Origin: Styela clava
Lineage: Eukaryota
NCBI RefSeq assembly: GCF_964204865.1
Contig: NC_135254.1
Coordinates: 14,322,001-14,386,000, forward strand
Length of the DNA stretch: 64,000 bases
Direction of reading: 5' to 3'
Below the pieces are notes generated by a model. The model made no database searches, was not told the origin of the DNA, and saw only the letters and a program-made list of their open reading frames with translations. Within the stretch, counting starts at the first letter, position 1, and the number at the start of each line of letters is the position of its first letter. The position numbers and the translations under genes were made by a program. Positions 1 through 11,900 of the stretch are shown here, in pieces.

Positions 1-1949
1 TAGAGTGACTCAATATCAACATCTGGATCCCAGATTCTGAAATTGTTGAATTAGAAATGAATATTCATTTGAGCAGCATTGGGCACTTTTTAACCAGACT
101 TCTAACTCTAAGTTTCCAATATGAACTGGCAACACGTTATTGCACCACTGCGACAACCTAATATAAGTTAGTCCAGGGTTTCCCAAACATTTTGGTTCAG
201 CTTATGGCTTTATCTGAAGATCCTGAGAGTACATAACAACCTGTTTAACTTTTCTAAAACTTCCATGACTGGAATGAATACTCACGGATGTTCTATTTAA
301 TTCAACCTAAAAGCATTACAGCCTTTATTTTCAAAATTCGACATGTGATTTCCTTAGCAGATTGCCAAATGTGTTACCTTTTCTATGCTACCATATTCGT
401 ATTTCATGCATAGGCTATACAGATATGCCACTGGTGAACATAATTTCTACTTGATTGAAGTAATGAATGGAAAGGAGATGATTTACAGTCATGCTACAAA
501 TAAACCTTCATATCATTATGTCTCACCTTTGTGTTTTCCTAAAATCATGAATGTCGAGCCTCTCTGGATCTTCAAGAAACCTTGCTTGAACTTCATCCAA
601 CAAGGAAGGATAAACAGGTGGAAGACCAGCAGGAAACAAAGTAGATGGATGAAAGATTTCATTGGAATGTTCATCCTTGATAAAAGTGACCTGTCCAGAA
701 TTGGGAGTTTCAAGAATTGCAAACTTGTATTCCAAAGAATTTTTGTCCATTTCTAAATATAATAACAATTTTACTCTTATAGTGTGAAATATTATATGAA
801 CTATGTTCAAAGGTTATTGTCAATGATGATATCTAAGAAAATAAGTCAGGGGTGATAGCGCATTGTGCTAAACATTTGAAAAACTCTTGCCATTGTAACA
901 CTAATCACTTTACGTTGTTACACACGTTTACTTTCAAGAAATGATGAGCATTGAGTTCTTATGCCCCAAGATTCTGGGATATCTTTACTTCTAGGCCAAA
1001 GCTGCTGTTTAGGATCCACTATAACAATTGGAATGTTATTTGGTTGAGTCATAACAGTTATTATTATAATTCTGTAATTAGTATCAGCGGTGTTTCACAG
1101 TTTTCCAATGAATAAAAGCATTTTAAATAGAGGGCTTAGTTATCCAACATCTTGTTCACATACCATCGCATTTAACCTTCTCCAGATCTTTTTCAATCAA
1201 TGAAAATGGTTAAAGTAGTAGGATATGATTCTACATCAATCGAAATAGAGAAAACTGTGGGCCGATAACTCAGCTTGTTTCACTTAGTTATGTAAAGGTC
1301 TGCTATAGCAGAAGTGGGCAATTGTTTTGGCTCGCGGGCGATCATGGTCACATAAGTCATCAGAGGGTCGAATTCAATGAGGCGACATGGGCGACACAAA
1401 AATTCGTCACAGGCCGCAAGTTGCCCAACCTCGGGCTTTGCGATGAAATGACAGTATGAAGGAATCTACTTTCGGACTATCATTTGGGGGCATATGACAG
1501 AACAGCGCATATGTTTGTGTATCTTGTGCTTTAAGCACCAACCATTAGGGCCCAACCTAATGACATTAATGTATACTTTCGGACTTTGAGATTTTGCTTT
1601 TCAAAGTCCATCATACCAGAAATTAGTAATGCCTAACTACCCAGAATTATCGTATTTTTTTATACTTCGAAAATGGTCAATATTCGTCAGCGTTTCTGAG
1701 GTAGAATGAGGCCAAACCTTTTTATCCAACATATACCGATATTTTGCAATTGCAAAAATGCCAATGGGTCCCAGTTATCGTACACCAATATGCCCTTTAC
1801 TCAATCTTGTTCGTTTATTATTATCTCAAGATCATCTTAATTTACAGATTCACTATTCAGCTAGTACACTTGTTCTAATATGCAGATATTTTTATTACTG
1901 CTTATAACTTATATCAAAGAGTAAAATATAATACAATAAACTTACCCAT
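1..1949 (-). CDS. SKIV2L: SKI2 RNA helicase (SKIV2L/SKIC2), 5' end only. Exons 1949-1946 (ATG G, tentative), 752-527 and 36-1; continues beyond the window
   Basis: The spliced translation ...PAGLPPVYPSLLDEVQARFLEDPERLDIHDFRKTQR|IWDPDVDIESL resembles the vertebrate SKIV2L N-terminus (PHGLPPCAPDL...LFLSSPAWLPLH). GT-AG sites keep the frame. Confidence 0.8.
1309..1433. mobile_element. Degenerate hAT-type MITE
   Basis: Imperfect inverted ends CAGAAGTGGGCAA ... TTGCCCAACCTCG. Confidence 0.45.
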
Positions 1950-2039
1950 CTCGAATCATGCACTGAAAGCAGCATCCAACTCTTCAACAATTAAAAAGTT
2001 GTAACATTTGTCCACATTCATTTCATAGTTAAATCCTTT

Positions 2040-2600
2040 CACCAAACTAAGTCAACGCTTGATGCGTGTCGACCACATCCCACACCCCGCCCACCAAGAG
2101 CCGGCCTCAGCCATTTTGCAAATTGCGGATACAATGCCAATAAAATGGTTACAAAAATCCATCTTTGTTGTGACGGAAAAGCGTAATTATTCCTGAATTC
2201 AGTGGTGTATCATTTTCCTTCCCTTCTATCTGCATGTTTAAACGTTAGGTAACCATAATCAAACACACACGCAAAACAAACGCATCGGAGATTCCACGAC
2301 TCCCATCGATCTTGCTAAATGGCCAATTGGAAGTTTTTTAAAAAAGTGTCTCACTGAGCACACTTTTGAGTCTATACTGCTAATATTTTGACCGAAACAA
2401 ATTTTAAAAACGTCTTCTCAAGATAGTCACGGGGGTAACGAGCCCATCGGCCAACAATATCAATTTGAAAAGGTTGGCAATCTATGTATAAATTTACTCC
2501 CATTGGAAGAACTTACACCAGTGAAACCATATTTCATCTAAAATCGACTCCTCCCTAATCAACTGGTGCGAACATGGTGGGAGCATCGCTCCCTCCAGTC
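2040..2600 (-). promoter_or_regulatory. CpG-rich putative SKIV2L promoter
   Basis: Local CpG/GC enrichment, GC box CCCCGCCC near 2084 and YY1-like GCCATTTTG near 2110. Confidence 0.45.
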
Positions 2601-3514
2601 CATATCGAATAAACGTTAATTATTATCATCTATTTATGTTTTTTTCTGGTTGACAAATATTAAATTTCTCTCTCCACAGCAGGCCTATATCTACCAAACA
2701 AATCAAGTTATTTCCCAAACTGGTTAATGAAAAGCCCAATTATGGTGAACATTTCAAATATTGATCAGAGCATAGAGCCTGAAAATAGGTTGCTGAACTC
2801 TGGTGCAACTCAGATATTTGTAGGCACAATTCTCTCTGGTCAAGCTCAAATGGATTATCTGCACATGCAAATCTTTGACCAAACTTTAGTCCTTATTATC
2901 AGTTGCAATGACGTCATATACAACATCGATTTGACAGTATACAGGAGATTTCATAGCTAGTTTTCATGACATCTCATTAAATGGCCACCACATTGAGAAT
3001 TGCACTACTGCAATTGATATTCTGTGAAACTCCAAATTTCTAACATTTCTCCCAACTGAAACGCATTATACAAATAAAAACGAACAAACATTTCAAATTG
3101 CTATTTACATATCAAATAACATTGCTTCCCAAACTAATTCTTCACGATGACAGCTATAAGAAATCAAAGACGATACCAACAATTAAAAACCATTGACACT
3201 ACTTACACAAAGGAGATGCTTGCCTATCTTGTGTTAAAAGATAAAACAATCACAAAAATTACATTTGAGATTGAAGGACGTTCATTGGTAAGAGAAATCA
3301 AATACAGATATTGAAATTCAACTCCGTAAAGTGGTCAATAAAATTGCAAACTACATTCAATAATGTGTTATACCAGTCAATTCAAGCCTGTCAAAACAAA
3401 AGTCAATGACGGCAATCTTCAATCAAACTAAAACTAGAAATGGGTATCTATTTCTCAAGCATGATTGAAGATAGATCGTTCCATAATTCATGCCTAGTAT
3501 CTTCGCTCCAATAT

Positions 3515-5729
3515 TTATGTCTTGCCAGCTTGTTTCCGAAGGAGAATGTAGATTTTTTCTTTGATCCACTCTTTGTTGAATGGTGCGTATGTCTGGGTAG
3601 ATTTTTGAAATACTAGGCAACAGAGATCAGCAAGTTCATCGATGAAATCAAACAGTTGACTGATGTCGTAAGTAATTGAAGGGCAATTGGGATTGATTCG
3701 CTTGAGATGTTCTTCATAGATCTTGCACACACCTAGAAATGTAAAATTATTTCAAAATAAAAATATTTTTGGAAAAACACATGCTAACATATTAGTACTA
3801 TGTGATTGATATTTTCAATCTGTTTTATGTGAGTGAAATACACGCATACAAAAATGGACAGGTAACTGAAGTGTAGATTTCCAGCGTAATGCTTTCACCT
3901 TTGATATTGAGTAATTAATTTTATATTCTCACATTTATCCTGTGTTAACAGTAAACACATATCAGTATATAGTAACAAACCATATTTAAACGAACAAGTT
4001 TTTAATTTGAATTTTGGGTTAAATCTAGTTCAATTATAATAATTTTCCCATTATAAGCTGATATGAAAAAGTTATCTATATATTTTACAATTTATTCATC
4101 AAGGACATGCTATGAAAAATTAAAATGAATTCACATATTTGACCAGACATTTGGTTCAATAAAACAAACTCTATTTGTCTCTGGGAAGAGATCGTCTGGC
4201 ATAACTGTAGTATGTAACTGTAGATGTGTCAGATCGCGCCATGCCTGTCTCAATAATACTTTTAAACCATAGCGACGTGCGCCGGCCAGCGTATGACCAA
4301 AATTGCAGTATTGTACTAAAAACTCTCAATTGCTATTTTTTTTTTTGGAGGTTATATTATTTTTTCTAAGGAAGGAATCCAATGGTGTAATTTTTTTGGT
4401 CTGCGCTTTCTATTCGTTCACTGCACAGTGGCTGTTCGTGCCAAAATGAAAGCCCAGACAGTCTAGTAAAAGAGGGGTTTGCACTCACTGGTATAATTGA
4501 TGTCTTTTAATGTGGGGGCTATTCTCGACCGTCATACTGGTTTTTTTTTTTTAAATTAAATTCTCTTCTTAAAACATTAGTTTCCTAGATGTTTTGTCCT
4601 TTCTTGATGTATCGCTGTGTTTTTTTATTTAAATATCAATGTTCATTATATATGAACATTATAAAGACGAGAAACAATTATTACAATTCTTAAGTACTGG
4701 TATTTAGGCATAAAATTGATATGGCGTTCTGGAAATTGTCGAAATGCACCGGAAACTATTTTTGAGATTTCTAATACTGATAGGCCTACTTAATTCAAAG
4801 CATGAAACCATCAAGCACCATTTTCAGAAAATATTTGCTGTCTTATATGAATTATAAGCACAGTAGTTCGTATTGTATTCTGATCTGTGACTCCTGGACA
4901 TCAATTGGACTTTGTATTGGGGCATTTATATAGGATAGGATTTACATATTTATCCCGGGGGGGGGGGGGGGAGGAAAGCCGATAAGATGGCTTATCAATA
5001 TGGCGAACCACGGCCTCTCGTCCGGTTACCATTCCAAGTCGGGTATGGGATTAGTTTTATTGTTTGTTTTCGGAAGCATGGACTTGGTGGTGGAGGAAGC
5101 CGTAACCGACCAGCGGTTACGTGAACCACCCAACGACGGCGAGGAGTCCAGCAATCCTCTCGCACATAACCATCTCTGCATGGGATTCGAACCTGCGAAC
5201 CCACGCAGAGTAATTAGAGGTGCGGTGGTGAGCGTATTCCTAACGCTTAGCCCGTTGAGCCACACCGCCGCGCAATTTGGGGCATTTATATTGGGGTCTC
5301 GTGTAGTTCCATACCTAACGTAGTTATGGCGTAGTCAGATGGCAGTTAGGATTGACATATCGAAAAATTGTTACCGGTATGCTACGCTCACTAGAAGTAT
5401 GTTAGGTACGGTAGTACCGGTACGAAACTACATGAGACCCTTATACCGGTATTGTTGGTAGTCATGGTTTTTAAGCATATTAGCATTCAATAAACAGACA
5501 CAATACAATAAAACAATTGATAATAACGACTCGTTACGAATTATTGAAACTGACAATGTATGCAGGTCACATTACGGTACCGTACCACATTCAGACATTA
5601 TGTACTGATATGATATGTACTGATATTAGGATACTCACCCTCCATGCATTCATTCACCGATTCGTAGTCTGAATATGTCCGCCCCTCAGGCTTTTTCGTT
5701 GGCTGAACAAGAAGTATTGTGTGAGACAT
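3515..5729 (-). CDS. ERH: Enhancer of rudimentary homolog. Exons 5729-5639 and 3732-3515, 102 aa
   Basis: [31 protein letters not shown]|[36 protein letters not shown] is near-identical to ERH. Phase-1 GT-AG intron. Confidence 0.97.
4170..4530. mobile_element. Truncated copy of the TcMar-like element at 17669-18983
   Basis: Shares both CTATTTGT...CGTCTGGCA...TCAGATCGC and GGTTTGCACTCACTG...GATGTCTTTTAATGTGGGGGC with the 17.7-19.0 kb copy. Confidence 0.65.
4932..5276 (-). mobile_element. Full-length tRNA-derived SINE with 15-bp target-site duplication
   Basis: A box TGGCTCAACGGG, B box GGTTCGAATCC and (ATCCT)n tail. TSD TTGGGGCATTTATAT at 4917-4931 and 5277-5291. Many copies in the window. 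Confidence 0.92.
5294..5440. mobile_element. Short PIF/Harbinger-like MITE, same family as 33779-34213
   Basis: Inverted ends GGGTCTCGTGTAGTT ... AACTACATGAGACCC, with TTG/TTA flanks. Confidence 0.7.
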
Positions 5730-6139
5730 TTTAAATTTTCTAAAATCTGCTACGAGGAGAACAAAACCGCCTATTCCAGTATTCGCACGCAAGGAATCGA
5801 CAGCAGCAGAACCCAGTCACCAGTCAGATAAGCAAGCGCCGTTTTGTCAGATTATCATATTTCAGACAAACCTAAACTACCGAATTTCATACAAATGTGT
5901 TCCGTGCGCGATGTATTTGCCCCGTAACTATGGATGTTTTCCCGAGCATCGATTTCCCTGTTATTTCCGTAACAATTACCAATCAGCAAAGAGTCAACAA
6001 TGACGTAACAATTGCAATTTATGCCGCCGCTCAGACATTTCTTTCGACTAGACTAGACATATATATTCAAGCGTAGTTGTAAACATCGCCTCTTTTTAGT
6101 ATAGTTCCAAAAAATATTTGTGAATCAAAAATAATTATT

Positions 6140-6292
6140 TAGGATAGAATAGGATTTACATATTTATCCCGGGGGAGAGGAAAGCCGATAAGACGGCTTA
6201 TCCATATGGCGAACTACGGCCTCTCGTCCGGTTACCATTCCAAGTCGGGTATGGGATTAGTTATATTGTCTTTTTTCAGAAGCATGGACTTG
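6140..6292 (-). mobile_element. 5'-truncated SINE copy
   Basis: Matches the 3' half and tail of the 4932-5276 SINE. Confidence 0.85.
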
Positions 6293-6809
6293 GATAGAAT
6301 GGATGGACTTGAAAGCATGGATATTTGTTATTATGTCTTCCCAACGACTAACATACCGTCTTTCAGGATCTTTAGTTTTATCAAAAATTGATATCGCAAG
6401 GTAGCAGTACATGTAAGCGGCACGTGGTTCAATCCCCGTTGACCCTATGTCTAATGGGATCCTATAGATAGTCCAATGATTTTCGCCATTTTGTGCGTGC
6501 AAACTAGATCACATCTTCACAATTTTGTCCCAAGTTGCTGAAAAGAACTGACAGCTAATTGAAAAAAGTCTTCGCCTTTCTCTATTTTGTCTTTATTTGG
6601 AAAGGGTCCTGTTTTGAGACAATTGAACACCTCAAAGAAGCATACAAAATTAGGTCTGGATGATCAATGTATAAATGATAATGCTGTTCTGGATTTCCAG
6701 CTATATCTTCAAATAAGTCCAAAAATAATAACATATCCCATACCAGTGTTAACATCAATGACGATTTTATTTCATTGGTTGTAAATATTGATGATTGTCA
6801 CTGTGTTAA

Positions 6810-7150
6810 TACTGGGTTAAGACTGGGTCTTATTTCAATCTTTCTCCGAAAAATAACACTAGGGCTTATTTTCATTTTCAAAAACAAAATTACAAAGTAG
6901 AGAACTACGGGATTTTCAAGTATACAAAACATGAAAACCGATATCCATTAAATCATAAATATAGCGTTTTTATTCAAAATAACTGCAAAACATAGATTAT
7001 TAATCATTTTAAACGTGTAAGCGAGATGTCTTGCTATCGACTAGGTCAAAAAAAAAATTGCGTCATTGACTAGGTCTTATTTTAAGAGTCGGGCTTATAT
7101 TAAAATCGTTTTTAAAATTCGGACTGGGTCTTATTTTCGGGGAAGTTCAG
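6810..7150. mobile_element. Tc1/mariner (Tc2/pogo-like) non-autonomous remnant
   Basis: Repeated GG(G/T)CTTAT(T/A)T subterminal motif. The right end TCTTATTTTCGGGGAAGTTCAG is followed by TA. Confidence 0.5.
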
Positions 7151-8959
7151 TAGTTCACGCTTGCAACAATCATGCTTTAAAACCAAGCAGGGGCGGTACG
7201 ATTCAGCCTCCTACTCTTAATTTGTGATTTACCGCATAAATCTTTGACGAATGTTTTCTTTGGCATGTAAAATTTTGAATAGGATAAAGATAAACTGTTC
7301 AACTTTATCAACGGTTCAACCATCTTGAACAATCAAGATTAAACTAACAAACCTTGTACAATATATCACAAGAGCAGCTAGTTGGTCAAGGCAAACGAAG
7401 AGCATTTAAACACTGCGGAATTTGAACAAAATCGGCACAATGCTCGAATTACATGCTCACTTATTTGAAAACCCAAAGCGTCCTTGTGGTTCCATTTCCA
7501 TTCCTGCCAATATTCCTATCGGGCGAACATTTTTATTAACAAATGGCGATTAAAGAGTTTTCAAGGCAGTGTTCCGTGGGAGACATTACAAAATACGCAC
7601 AATCAAAAAACTTGAAGAGGTACTGTCCTAATCTCACTGCTGCAAAAGACTTAATTATGTAGATTGCACAATATATTTCAAAAGCACATTGGTAAAACTT
7701 TGGGTAGTCCTTGATCAAGATATCTTTTAAATTGCTGAATTGAGAATTATCGGCGATTTGTACAAATACAATCAGAATAAGTACTGGTCTCTAAAAATTT
7801 GATCAGATATTAACGATGCCTTGTAACAGTTGCAACTTGGCAAAAGGAGATTTGTAGATAGAATGTACATTAATCATTATATAGAAAAATTTAATAAGAT
7901 TTTGTTTCTAGCGCATTTATTGATCATATTATAGCAGAGTGGCAAATGAAAATGAATATATTATCTGAGGCGACAGAAGCCTATGCCTAACATAAGTATG
8001 ATCACTTTCAAAATATATCAACCACCAATTCAATGAAAATGATGAAGAAAAAATTACGTTCAATTACCGGTAGGTTTTCCTCAATAAAAACTGTTCTGGA
8101 ACTGGGAGAGAATAACTGAACCAACAGGCCTGTGTTGAACAGATGATACCCAATTAACAATGTGTGTTGATTTGAAATTCATGTTGCACATTTTACATTT
8201 CATAAATCATATAATATCAACATTCAAAAATATGTCTTAAACAGTGCATGTATATGATTATCGATAATACGCAGATAATAAAAATTTCCTCACTTCACAC
8301 CTTGATAAAATTAACTTCTTCACTCAGTAATACAGAGATGCCATAAAAAGTAGAAGCAAAGATGGATATAATTTTGAATTCTGTCGGAATATTTCATACA
8401 AAATCGAGGTCTTCTATACCATTTCTATATACGAAGACAAATGTATTTATATCTTCAAGAGTACTTTCGTTGGCACATTTTAAAACAGTAAAAATAAAGC
8501 ACACCAAATAAAGCATAAGCCATTTGATACATTTCTACCTTTGGCGTGACCCAAAATGAATATTTTGATTGCACATAACACTATTCAATACGGTTTCACA
8601 ATCTCTCGAAGACGTTCAAATTCTAAGTAAAGAGTATGTTATATAGACACGATTTGGGGGGGGGTCGGTAGGTGTTTTTAGGTATGACCGAATTGCCCCT
8701 AGGGATTGTCACAAAATGACTTGCAACTACGACCTTTGCTCTTGAATATTATTCTCCTAATTGTGCTTAATATAAATAATTCAGGAAATTTTTTATTTCA
8801 AAATGGTAGAAAATCGCATGGCAAACAATCAAATCGCAACGCATGACAATGGCTAAAACATTCCCACTCGGATAATTCGGCATTTAAAATTTGAGTATTA
8901 TTGCAACTGATACTGCATACATGAAACAATGTTGACCAATACCACTCAAACGCTAAAAA

Positions 8960-11900
8960 TCATGACCAGCTTTCAACATAACCAGTCCAATCTACAGGAG
9001 GAGCAAGATAAACTCTTCTACCTCTGAAAATAGTGGTTACAATACCCATATATGCTGTCCTTGGCACCCCTTTTTTAAAATCGGACATAAGTCCAAGCTC
9101 CTTAGCAAAAGCTTTAAAAGTATGTGACATTGTGTATTCAATTCGAACTTCACGAGAGTCTGGATCTTTATTTTCTTTAAGATCGCTGATTCGAAACAGT
9201 GGAAGGTTGTATACTTTATCTTTGAAAGATCTTGAAATATAAAAAAAAAGAAATGCAAGTCTACTAATCATGAATAAAGAGAGGAAAAACTCTAAAATGA
9301 GGTAGGAAATTATTGTCAAAACACATGATTTAGAATCGTGTAGAAAAAGAGTTTTTTTTGTGAGCTATTAGTCAAGTATAACATCACACCAGTTGGGAAT
9401 TATATACAGATTAATATTCAATTCGGAGAAACCGCATATATCTAAATGCACAAAAAAAAACAAAGCCTGACCACTTAGACAACGAATTAGCGTAAGTATA
9501 TGGCTTCTGCATGTCAGAATATTGTTGCATGTTAGATTTTAATTGATGCCATTTCGGCAGAGGGTAGAACAGTACAGCTTTTAAATTATTTCACAAATAT
9601 AATATAAAGATTAGTCGGAATGTTATCAGACAAGCAAATATAAAACACATCTCCCTAACCGTTGGTTGGTAATTACTAATAGAGCGGCTTGACAAAACAT
9701 TACTTACTATCTTATACATTCATAATTAATATAAAATAGAACCTTTGAGCTTGAATAGACTTCAATAAGGTAAAAACATACTTATCATAATTATCTTTAA
9801 CGAGGTACGAGAGATCTTTTGTCGACCAGTCGACTGGAAATTCATTTAACTTGATATATTTCAAGTGAGTATCAAAGAACTGTCCAGCACTGACCTGTAC
9901 AAACATAAAGCTCAATTTACTCACAATGGAAATAAAATAAATGAATAATGAATAGGATCTTATTAGTAGAACAATACTGGCTTATAGGTACTTACAAACA
10001 CAAACTTATAAATAAACAAGGAAGCAATATTAAAATATATGGACACAAAGGCTAAATGACCTCATTGCTGTATGAATGTCCGCGAAATTCCAACAATAAC
10101 TTAAAAGTATTGAACTGAATGATATATGAAGGTGTGCCCATTAACTATAAAAATCAGCAAAAATTGGGGCAAAACATAAAGACCCAAAGGACCCAAAAAA
10201 ATACAATAAACAGTAGCGTTTTAGAACTATAATAACAACCTTAAAATAACAACCACACCAATTTAGCAAAAGACCCATGAGTTCAATATGCATTTGATAA
10301 TTACCCCTTTTCTTCCAAATGTTGAAGTTCTTGATACCTCAGGCCTTATGCACGATCTTCCTTTCCTTTGTTCAGGTTCTCTCATCCAGTCATCCCAAAA
10401 TGCCTGTGGCCATTTGGAAACCAATTCTTCTTCCCATAGACTTCTCTGAATATATAATATTTTGATTTTAATAAAATATAAAGCCATACTGTCCTTAACA
10501 GAGGCCTTTTTAGTGACCTTAATAAATTCAAAATTAGTATCAAAGTATATCACAAGATTCATATTTTTAAAAATACGACTCTTATGAGTCAAATATGACT
10601 CAGAAACAGAACCCGCGCAAACTTTCACTGATATCTCACAGTATGTAAAGAGCTAATATTTTTGAAAGGACTGAATTTTTCCGGTTCTGCATTGCCTAGC
10701 AAATTTAGTACACCCTGGGTCAGGTGTTGGGCATAGGTGTTGAGCCCAAGACGTGTAACCTGTGATGCCAGAAAATGCTAATGTTTAACCCCAGGACATC
10801 TGTATTCCACAGTAAAAAAAATGATTATCATCGGCATCACAGTGAGTGACCATGAAAATCATCTTTGGCAGAGTCAACAATGTACCAACAAGTCTAGCAA
10901 AATCTGAAATCATAAACTATTTTTATAAACTTTTTAAAATTCCTTCTATATTATGTGTAGAAAGAGTTGAAGCAAACCTGAATCGGAAAGATGATACAAT
11001 TACCCTCTCAAGCTAAATGTTTTCATCGATGACATTCATTCTCAATCAAGCCACTTACTTTTAAAAGCCAACCCAATCCAGGGAAAAAATCTGTTCTATA
11101 TAATAGTTCTGCTCCTTTTTCTGTTGCATCAACTTGTGACGTTTTACCATTATCATTCCATGCAGATGCGCACCATAATGTTTGATCCTTTTTCATAAGT
11201 TCATGCATTTCTTTAAAATAAGACAAAAAATCTGGAGCAATTTCGATGTCATCTTCTAATATTATAATTGAATCAGCAGATGGAAAATGGTGAAAAGCCT
11301 GTTTAAAATAAAACATTAAAGAAATTTTATACGCCGCTCATTCGTGCCGTCATGCTCAGAACAGAGGCCCTGTACAAGAACCCATTGATATCTGATGATA
11401 TGTAGGGAGTTACTATCTTTGTAAAGATTGGTCATTTTGACTACCCAATTTTAATTGGGTGAGGTGGTGGACACAGGATTGAAATCTCACTAGCTGGTTG
11501 TAGTAAATATGCGTAGATTTGATTTCAAGTTGTCAATAAATGATTGAATGAGAGTTTGATTTTAGAAGTAACATGAGTTTACATCAGATAGAAACTTTAA
11601 GTCTTAGGGTCATTGTCACTCATATTTATCCATTTCACTGTTGTTCTACCATGGCTCTGAGTTTCGGACTCAGATTGTCTAACTCAAACGACCAGAAGCA
11701 TGGCTTGAGACTCGAGATGGTAGTGACTCGAATTGGGACTCGAACTCAAATTTGCAGAGACTTTATTGACTCGGATGATCTATAACTGGACTTGACTCTT
11801 GAATTAGAGAGTTGTATCTGACACTATTAACTACCAGGCCATTGTGTCTAGGTGAGTACTTCATAAAATAAGACAATTTCGACTGAGGTGAAGTAAAAGT

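Noticed and set aside
385-756. 123-aa plus ORF and other ORFs antisense to exons (e.g. 9033-9242, 22361-22639, 51977-52417, 60600-60905, 63294-63642)
   Set aside because: Shadows of real exons on the opposite strand
5150-5276. tRNA-like A and B boxes
   Set aside because: SINE head with no cloverleaf, continuous with the SINE body and tail
4995-5323. ORFs at 4995-5323, 6206-6391, 25801-26073, 30333-30560 and 61877-62221 with similar peptides (MANxGxSSGY...)
   Set aside because: Incidental translations of the SINE, not a gene family
7150-7900. Moderately GC-rich stretch with short ORFs between the ERH promoter and the MGAT1 3' end
   Set aside because: No frame gave a recognisable protein or a consistent exon chain
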